From contig OX597821.1 of assembly GCA_951406725.2 (NCBI GenBank), positions 43,276,001 through 43,340,000 of the forward strand: a stretch of DNA of 64,000 bases, given 5' to 3'. Shown one piece after another: positions 55,201-64,000 of the stretch (position 1 is its first letter; the number at the start of each line of letters is the position of its first letter). The stretch is from Octopus vulgaris. Lineage: Eukaryota. The translations under genes and the position numbers were made by a program. A model generated the notes under the pieces. That model saw nothing but the letters and a program-made list of their open reading frames with translations, was not told where the DNA came from and searched no databases.

Positions 55201-55405
55201 TAACTTTTGATAGGATTTCAAGACATAACAGTGCTTATAGTGGTGTGAAAAGAATTTTGAATCCAGTTGAAATGTTCAGACAACAGTCAAGATGAAGAGC
55301 TGTCTGCATTATGAGTTCAAAGGCTATCAGGTCAAGGTTAGCTGTTCCTTTTATCCATTTAGACTTCATAAAGTACCAGTCCACTAGCCCTATACCAGTG
55401 TCAAT

Positions 55406-55797
55406 TCTTCTTCTTCTTCTTCTTCTTCTTCTTCTTCTTCTTCTTCTTCTTCTTCTTCTTCTTCTTCTTCTTCTTCTTCTTCTTCTTCTTCTTCTTCTTC
55501 TTCTTCTTCTTCAGTTTTAAGGCTCAGGCAGTGAGTTACATAATCATGATATTTAATAATCATAGTTGTAACTCTAAAGTTTTAATCTGGGTTTAGTATT
55601 GTTTTGGTTTCTCATTTCATCCTCATTGCTTCAACCACAATCGCTGCCGCCGCCACCACCACCACCACCACCACCACCACCACCACCACCACCACCACCA
55701 CCACCACCATCATCATCATCATCGTCATCGTTGTCGTCGTCATCATCATCATCATCATCGTCATCATCATCGTCATCATCATCATCGTCATCGTCCT
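55406..55797. repeat. Trinucleotide tracts: (CTT)n at 55406-55512; (GCC)(ACC)(ATC/GTC) compound at 55645-55797
   Basis: Directly visible. Confidence 0.95.
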
Positions 55798-56560
55798 CAC
55801 TTTTATCTGTAACATTATGCTGGTCTGTTGTGCTTACATTTTACAAAGGTTGTGACAAGAACATTCCATTAGTAATCTTTCACATGTAATATACGTAACA
55901 TTCATACATACATGTATTTATCTATGTGGCTACATGTATATATAATATATACATTTGTTGGAGTTTATGCATGTTTGTGTGTGTGTGTGTGTGCAGGTAC
56001 TGAGAAATTGTGAATACCTAATAGGAAAATTGGTCTAATGACTGACAATTATCTCTGATGGTAAACAAGAGATATGAGTTTGGTTCCATTTATTCCTGTT
56101 TACAGACATTCTCAGGAGGTTATTCCTGATTTAAATGCCATCTGCATGTTTGTGATTATTTGCCATCCTTGGAATGTTATTTATGAATTCATATTATGTA
56201 ATATGGTTTAATGGTAAAGATCTTTGCTATTTCCTTATGGTTTGCTAAGACAGGTCAGAGAAATGGGTTGCCATTCAGTAGAGCAATGGATTAGACATTT
56301 TTGCATATTTTGTAAAACCTTATTTTTTGAGTTCAAATCCTACCAGTGCCAACTTTGGCTTTCTTCCAGCAAGATTCAGTAAATGAAGGGCCTGTGGCTT
56401 TAATCATGCACCTGGCTGGGTGGTTAAGAAGCTAGCAGCTCAGTCATGTGTTCATGACTTCAGTCCCACTGTGATGCACTTTAGGCAAGTGTTTTCTACT
56501 ATAGATCTGTGCTGATGAAAGCCTTGTGAGTGGATTTGATTAATGGAAACTGAAGGAAGC

Positions 56561-56616
<56 letters not shown>

Positions 56617-56752
56617 ATCTATCTATCTATCTACTTACCTACCCGTCTGTCTGTCTGTCTGTTTGCCATCTATATACACACATATACATGCAAACATACA
56701 CATACACACTTTCTCTCTCTCACATAAACACACACACACACATTCGTGTATC

Positions 56753-57265
56753 ATACTTAATGCAGATACATTATGGAAAGCCTAATTAACTGCAGTATCA
56801 TCCTGAGATATATCTTATAGATGTACTGTGTTAAATAACGCAAGAATATATCAGTAGCAAAAGAAAATGGTCCAGCAGTGGTACTGGTATTGCTAGATGT
56901 GCATTTCTGCATCTTTGGGCTTTGTCAGTAGCAAGTACCTAGTGACAGCTGCTTGCAAATCCATTTTCACTGTTATAGGAAAATATTGATTGAAAATTTA
57001 CTAACGTTGTAATTGTAACAGAAGTATATATTAGTTTAAAATAGAAATATGTATATTATACTTAATGCAGATACATCAGGGAAAGCCTAGTTTAGAGTGG
57101 TATTTGTCATGGGATAATCACCCTTAGATGTACAGCATTGAAGAACACAAAAATCTCTTTGTAATCGATGAAAATCACCCAGCAGCAGTGGTGGCATTGC
57201 TACATATGCATTTCTTCCTCTTTGGGCTTCATCAGTAGCAAGTAAGGGAAATCCATCATCACTGA
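56753..57265. repeat. Old tandem duplication, ~305-bp period
   Basis: atacttaatgcagatacat...gaaagccta at ~56753 and ~57058; tctttgggctt..tcagtagcaagta in both units. Confidence 0.75.
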
Positions 57266-57526
57266 AAAATGTGTTTTCATGGGGACAGTAAGAAACATAT
57301 GGTGGTAGAGGAGTTGAGATAATTTGGTGGCTTGTGATGGGGTAGGAATGTAAAATCTGGGTGATGAGGACAGTATAAAAGATGAAGGATGGATATCAAG
57401 GGAAATGGTTCTAGCTAGTGAGAAAGATTAGTGTTATTAAGGGAAAACTGGAGTGAGAGAAAGATTAAGGATAGTGGGGGTGTTTTGAGAAGGAATTTGG
57501 TCAAAAGTCCCAGTTGTGCAAACATG

Positions 57527-57585
<59 letters not shown>

Positions 57586-57599
57586 CCAGATAATATCTC

Positions 57600-58115
57600 C
57601 ACAACTTTAGATTTGCTGTGGAGGCAGGTCTTCCCAAGAACTGCATATTGCCATTCATCCCAGACCTTTGTTATGTCCTCCATGAAGTTCAAGGTTCTGA
57701 TGTCAGCTTTCACCACTTCATCTCATGTCTTACTAAATCTCCCTCTTTTGCAAGCTCCATCCATATTAGATAACTGGTGCTTCTTTATACAGCTGTTCTC
57801 ATTTATTTGCATCACATGTCCATACAAGTGCAGTCTTCTTTCTTGCACACTATATCTGATAACTTATGCATCCAGTTTTTCTCTCAACACAATTGTACTT
57901 TATTGTTCATGCACACTTACATTGCACATTCAGCAGAGCATACCAGCTTCATTTCTTTCTAGTCTTCTCAAGTATTCTGTATTTAAGTCCCATTTTCACT
58001 AACACCAGCATCATAAAATCTGCCTTCATGCTGAGGAGCGATACCTTCACTGCTAACAGTAGTAGAAACTCACTGAGCTTTTCCCAACTTGTTCTTAACT
58101 TAGCCATTATGCTTG
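57600..58115 (-). mobile_element. Degenerate RTE LINE 3' fragment
   Basis: Reverse-complement similarity to 36500-37020. Confidence 0.65.
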
Positions 58116-58731
58116 TCCCTTCTAATGTTGGATAACCCTAGAACCTACTCCTTTATATAAATCTATCACCTTTCAACTCTATCCTATTTTCTCAGTGACC
58201 CCTGTTGCTAATACCTTCCCTCTCTCCTATTCTCTGTGATACTCTCCTTTTACCTAACATCCCTCATCCCTCTGCTGAGGATCATCACTCACTCTCTTCC
58301 GTTCTCCATTAGTTTATAGGGACTACTTTAAGTCCTTACATTTGCTAGTTACAAGGCGATCTCCATCAGTGCTGATGTCATGAAAAATGCATAGACTTCA
58401 CACTGTAAAGTGGTTGGTATTTGGAAGAACATCAAGCAGTAGAGCTCATAATAAAGAAGACATTGGAAGAAGACATCAAAGTATGATGTTGTTCTCCAAC
58501 TCGTCACACCCCAGCAAACCATCCAACTCATGGCAGCATGGAAGCTGGATATTAAATGATGTCGATGAGGTAGATATATATGTATATCATTGAGAGTTGA
58601 GTGTAACCAAGAGCAGAAACCTAAGCACATATTTTCTACAGACTACATACCCATATAATCTTGCTCATCATGCATACATATATACTTATACATACATATA
58701 CATATTTACAAATATATGCATATATATAAAG

Positions 58732-58814
<83 letters not shown>

Positions 58815-58822
58815 AATCTATC

Positions 58823-58854
<32 letters not shown>

Positions 58855-59036
58855 TATATATAATATATAAATATATATACACACATATATATAAATGTAT
58901 ATGCACATTGGTGAATGTTTTCATCTACTCACCTTCAAATTTATTTACATTGTGTGTGAATGTATGTGTATGTGTGTGTTTCTGTGTGTACACCTATGTT
59001 TATGTTTGTGTATACATGAGACCTGTTATACATTGA

Positions 59037-59068
<32 letters not shown>

Positions 59069-59197
59069 TAAACACACACACACACACACACATGCACACA
59101 TGCACAGGCATATATTTCTCTGTGCTCATATAAGCGTGTGATTGTGTATCTGCGTATGTATACATGTGTATGTAATTGTGTGCGCGCGTCTGTGTGT

Positions 59198-59233
<36 letters not shown>

Positions 59234-59383
59234 CTTAAACAAACAGTTGAATTATTGGTGTTTGTAAGAAACAAAGGTCTTCCTGTCTCACCAAAGATGT
59301 GCAGATATGTCTAAACATGATATTTCTACCTGTTTATCACTGACTCTTCGTTTCTCGACTAACTTCAAAGCGCATAGTCCTCC

Positions 59384-59445
<62 letters not shown>

Positions 59446-59736
59446 GTCTTCTTTGTTGCCTTTGATTTATCTCTCGTTGTTACAACAGTTATTGATGAAA
59501 TATTACTGAGGTATCAACCTGCTAAAAACAATATGAACTGTTGAAAAATCTATAGTTTTCTTTTTTTAATGGTAGATACATCTTATACAATTTTTTTTTT
59601 AATGTCTCTCAGTTAGTTTGTCTTTCCTTTTTCTTTCTCATCTTCATTTTATCTTCTTTTCCTTTATTTATGTGATTAGATTAAAGTCTGATAAATTTTT
59701 ATGAAATACGTTTTTAGAATCCTTTAAATTAATATA

Positions 59737-59794
<58 letters not shown>

Positions 59795-59887
59795 TATGAG
59801 TGTGTGTGTGTCTAATGATTCTTACCATCTTTATTCAAATTTTCGTTTTCTCACCATGGTGGTATAATATATATATGCCAGCACCCC

Positions 59888-59921
<34 letters not shown>

Positions 59922-60029
59922 TGTATGTATGTATGTATGTATGTTATGTATGTACGTATGTACGTACGTACGTACGTATGCATGTATGTTTGTGAGTACA
60001 TACACACACACACACACATGCACACACAT

Positions 60030-60340
60030 AACTGGCACTCTGTTGGTTCTGAGGATGAGGGTTCCAATTGATCCAATCAACGGAACAGTCTGCTCATGAA
60101 ATTAATATGCAAGTGGCTGAGCACTCCATAGACACGTGTACTCTTAATGTAGTTCTTAGGCAGGTTCAGCATGACGCATACTGTGCCAAGGCTGTCCCTC
60201 TGAAATACAGGTATTACTCATTTTTGCCAGCTCAGTGGGCTGGTGCAATGTGAAATAAAGAGTCTTGCTCAAGGTCACAATGTGCTGCTAGGAACTAAAC
60301 TTATGACCTTACAACTGTCAGTCAATTACCCTAACCAGTA
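60030..60340 (-). mobile_element. tRNA-derived SINE (body X, tail 2)
   Basis: Tail matches that of 27550-27929; body matches 15755-15985 and 19154-19290. Confidence 0.8.
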
Positions 60341-60369
60341 ATTGAGAGGTCCTCTCATGGTAGATAACG

Positions 60370-60778
60370 CAGCGGCGAGCTGGTAGACACGTTAGCGTGC
60401 CGGGCAAAATGCTTTGCGGTATTTCGTCTGCCGTTACGTTCTGAGTTCAAATTCCGCTGAGGTCGACTTTACCTTTCATCCATTCGGGGTCGATAAATTA
60501 AGTACCAGTTATGCACTGGTGTCGATATAATCGACTTAATCCGTCTGTCTGTCCTTGTTTGTCTTCTCTGTGTTTAGCTCCTTGTGGGTAGTAAAGAAAT
60601 AGGTATTTCATCTGCCATTACGTTCTGAGTTCAAATGCCGCCGAGGTCGACTTTGCCTTTCATCCTTTTGGGGTTGATAACTTAAGTACCAGTTATGCAC
60701 TGGGGTCAATATAATCGACTTAATCTGTCTGTTTGTCCTCTGTGTTTAGCCCCTTGTGGGTAGTAAAGAAATAGGTAA
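60370..60778 (+). mobile_element. SINE with Nin-like domain and tandem duplication of its 3' ~180 bp
   Basis: ggtatttc.tctgcc.ttacgttctgagttcaaat...tgggtagtaaagaaataggta occurs twice. Confidence 0.85.
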
Positions 60779-60938
60779 ATAATGCAGTAAACTGCATTTT
60801 AATACCATACACACATTAAGTGGGAGATAAATATTACCTTTATATCTATGAGGAATTAACTGTGTAAAAATCAATATGAAGAGTACTCCATCCAATGAGA
60901 GTTCAATATTACTAAACGTTTCAACTACATGTACTTCT

Positions 60939-61123
60939 CGCACAGCTAATAGTTTCCTGTACCTGTGTATGTTCATCAGGCGTCATTTGCACTATACTCC
61001 CAAAACTTTAGTTTAAATAGTGCCAATTTTAAACTGTTCCTCTGTTTAAACTAAAGTTTTGGGAGTATAGTGCGCTTGACGCCTGATGAACGTATGCATG
61101 TATGGGAAACTCTTAGTTGTGTG
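60939..61123. repeat. Inverted repeat (~80-bp arms), each arm carrying a decayed hammerhead motif
   Basis: gttcatcaggcgtca...gcactatactcccaaaactttagtttaaa mirrored by tttaaactaaagttttgggagtatagtgc...tgacgcctgatgaac; CTGATGA-N16-GAAACT reads outward on both strands. Confidence 0.8.
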
Positions 61124-61576
61124 ACACACATATATGCTTGAATATAAATATGCATATGCACTGCAGCATTACTTAGATATTAAAATGAAGACTAAACTGC
61201 TGTTTTATTATTTCTGTATGCTTAATTACTACGCAAACTACATATCATTACAAGGTAGCATTTTGCTGTTTAAAATGACATGGTTGAAACAAAAATGTTA
61301 ATTACAGTAATTCTATTACTGATAGTATTAAGAAAGCCACACAAATGAATGTCATTTAATATAAGAACATTTTAGAAAAAGGTATTTTAATTTTAAAATT
61401 CAGTATTTTACTTTGAGTAAGACCTATTGTAATAGTTAGTTCATTATATCTGCTGAAGATCTGATGTGTTGCGTAAACAAGAAAGTTTTTCATTAGGGAT
61501 ATAACCATGGATTATCTAACTGTATAAGTTAAAATTAACTTTTCAAGTCATAGCTACTAGAAGTTGGACTCTCAGT

Positions 61577-61732
61577 ATATACCACTGACCATGTTGCAGG
61601 CATCTTCAATGAAACTGGTGGTTATTTGACTATCCTTGGTTAGTATACTAATAACTCTTTTTAAGATGGACATTGTGTATATACCATGACAATGTTGTAG
61701 ATATCTTTAGTGAAACTGGTGGTTATTTGACC
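61577..61732. repeat. Direct repeat of ~55 bp at ~100-bp spacing
   Basis: tatatacca...atgttg.ag..atctt.a.tgaaactggtggttatttgac occurs twice. Confidence 0.7.
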
Positions 61733-62158
61733 TCCTTCAGTCAGAGTAGCCATGAAAAAACTCCATTCATAAATAAGAGCAGAAAAATGACCACTATTAA
61801 CTTTTTGACTGATGTTTGACAGAAATAGTACATGATGCAGGTTGTTGGTAACACCACAAACAATATCTATTTGACAACTTAGGCCTAAGCTATTTCTGAC
61901 TTAATAATATTGCCTGAAGTAGTCTTTTAAGTCATGTTTTAGGACACCATAGCACACATGTAAAATAATGTATATTTCTCTGAGAAACTGACATACCTGC
62001 ACTTAATTTCATGAGGAGCATGTGAACTGGATGTCATATGTCTGGTCAGAAATCATGTTTGTAGAGGAGTTAGAATTTGTTTGGCTCTGATAACTATGTG
62101 CATGTCCAATGTCATACAGGAGAAGAATTTCACCCAGGGTGCATTATTCTGAGTTTAA

Positions 62159-62374
62159 CCATTTTGATACCAACTGACCTAAAAATTTCCTTGGTTTTAT
62201 GACATAAAGTTCTTGATTGAAGTGATGCAATTAAAACCTCCCATCCAAATTTCATGCTAATTTAGGTTTCAAATAGCTGTTCAATAATGACAACATTATT
62301 TGACTAAATTATTATTTTCAAAAGTAATTGGAAGAAAGACAGTATATTTCAACAGAAATATTGTAACAAGAGGG
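62159..62374. mobile_element. piggyBac-type MITE
   Basis: TTAA at both flanks (62155-62158, 62375-62378), CC...GG ends, imperfect TIRs ccattttgatacca / ttgtaacaagaggg. Confidence 0.6.
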
Positions 62375-62379
62375 TTAAA

Positions 62380-62790
62380 CAGGATGTTGGCAATGTAATG
62401 GGTTGGAGTTGCATGTCTGGAAAAGGGTCAATCCTAACAACCAGATCAAGGGCATTACAAACAGTACAACTTGTTTAGAGGTCTTGGAGAAGACTATGAA
62501 TTCATGAAGTAAGAGTGATGTGAGGTGGTATGGATTTTTCAGTATGGGAAATTTCTAAAGTAAGTTATAGAATGTAGTCTATAACTTCTGGTGTACTGAG
62601 GGACGGTGCAGAAACAAGACAACAAATTGCATTGGGGAGATGGAATTTAGTATAGAGGAGTGAATAGGCAAACATTGGCAGGAGCTCAAAGAGGAGAAAA
62701 GTTTGTCAGTGCTCTACCAACATGCTCAAGTAGAACATAGAGATTTAGTTAATAACATAGAGGTTAAGGTATTACCAACACATACAACAG
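62380..62790 (+). mobile_element. Highly degenerate Tc1-like transposase fragment
   Basis: GNVMGWSCMSGKG, CLEVLEKTM and WIFQ resemble the Tc1 VMVWGC...G.G and WIFQQDN segments. Confidence 0.5.
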
Positions 62791-63029
62791 ACATGACACT
62801 TAGATTACAAAGGTCACACACATAGTAATAGACAGACAGAGCCTCAACAGAAAACATGAATGGAACAATAACACTCCACCATCACTGCCACCACACCAAG
62901 CAAAACAACAACTAAAGAGAGCAGGGAGAAAAAAAAAGACACAAATACAAACAGTATAATACATATACATAAAAAAAAAGACATGCATATGCTTATGATG
63001 AAATAAGTAAACAAATGGAAAGATAGACA

Positions 63030-63516
63030 AGTAAACAAATGAAAAAAGACTATATGAAGGGCAAACAATATAGTAAGTAAACCCATATACACTCACAAAC
63101 ACATATATAAAACACATAGACATGTGTACACACTCACACACGTGCATGCACACACACACACACACACATTCACACACACATGCACAGATAAAGATAGACA
63201 TCATAGAAGCACAGAATGTACTAAACAGAACAGGAGGATACATGTGGATGGAACAGTTACTGAAGAAATCACAGATGTGTGACAAAAGACTTCCAGACAA
63301 TGAGCATAAGATAAAAAAAAACAACAATAAACGAGTGAAGAACAAATATATAATGTGTGTGTTTATTTGGGTTGGATGGTTTGAGAGGAGCTGACCAGGT
63401 AGAAGACTGTACCAGGCTACTGTGTCTGTTTTGGCATAGTTTTTACGGTTGGATGCACTTCCTAAAACCAACCACCCCATAGACAGGATTATATATATAT
63501 ATACATATATATATGT

Positions 63517-63547
<31 letters not shown>

Positions 63548-63670
63548 CATGCACGTGTGTGTGTATGTGTGTACACATGTCTATGTGTTTTATATATGTG
63601 TTTGTGGGTGTGTATGGGTTTACTTACTATATTGTTTGCCCTTCATATAGTCTTTTTTCATTTGTTTACT
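63030..63670. repeat. Inverted duplication, ~140-bp arms (63030-63167 and ~63530-63670)
   Basis: agtaaacaaatgaaaaaagactatatgaagggcaaacaatatagtaagtaaacccat mirrored exactly; the ORF track shows MGLLTILFALHIVFFHLFT on both strands. Confidence 0.9.
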
Positions 63671-63980
63671 CAGTGGTTAGAGTATCGGCCTCACAATCAT
63701 GAGGTAGTGAGTTCAGTTCCTGGACCAAGCTGAGTATTGGATTTTTGAGCAAGACATTTTATTTCACGTTGCTCCAGTTCACTTAGCTGTAGAAATGAGT
63801 TGTGACACTGCTGGTGCCAAGCTGTGTCAGCCTTTGCCTTTCCCTTGGATAACATCGTGGCATGGAGAGGAGAGGCTGGTCTGCAAGGGTAATTTCCATA
63901 AACAACCTTGCCTGGACTTGTGCCTCAGAGGGTAACTTTCTAGGTGCAATCCTGTGGTCATTCATGTCTGAAGAGGGTCC
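63670..63980 (+). mobile_element. 5'-clipped tRNA-derived SINE (body X, tail 1)
   Basis: Homologous to 19154-19480 from cagtggttagag onward. Confidence 0.85.
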
Positions 63981-64000
63981 TCTCCTTGTGTGAGGGGAAG

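Noticed and set aside
55311-55889. Poly-Leu, poly-Pro and poly-Ser proteins
   Set aside because: Pure trinucleotide microsatellites without exon evidence.

Overview
AT-rich, repeat-saturated eukaryotic (animal) DNA. The SINE, RTE and microsatellite landscape resembles a coleoid cephalopod such as Octopus; this is an inference from recalled repeat families, not a database result. I recognise no intact host protein-coding gene, rRNA, true tRNA or CRISPR array. Most ORFs in the track are microsatellite read-throughs or transposon remnants. The window holds decayed DNA transposons (two mariners, a DD37D/maT element, a Tc1 fragment, MITEs), non-LTR retrotransposon remnants of several clades (RTE, L1/Tx1, and RLE-type R4/Dong, CRE-like and HERO-like), many tRNA-derived SINEs, a possible LTR, minisatellites and long inverted repeats. 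The most notable signal is a set of hammerhead-ribozyme motifs of the minimal, Penelope-like type in several unrelated repeats. These are one copy with a complete catalytic core (45219-45263, minus), three mutated copies of a second family, an inverted pair forming a hairpin (60939-61123), and a decayed copy abutting a ~340-bp palindrome. Also notable: a CpG-rich tandem array built from an RTE 3' UTR, SINEs with swapped body and tail modules, an inverted flank duplication at a SINE 5' junction, and a CpG-retaining zone (~7.3-12.3 kb) bounded by weak first-exon-like signals. Coordinates were counted by eye, so element edges without TIRs or TSDs are approximate.
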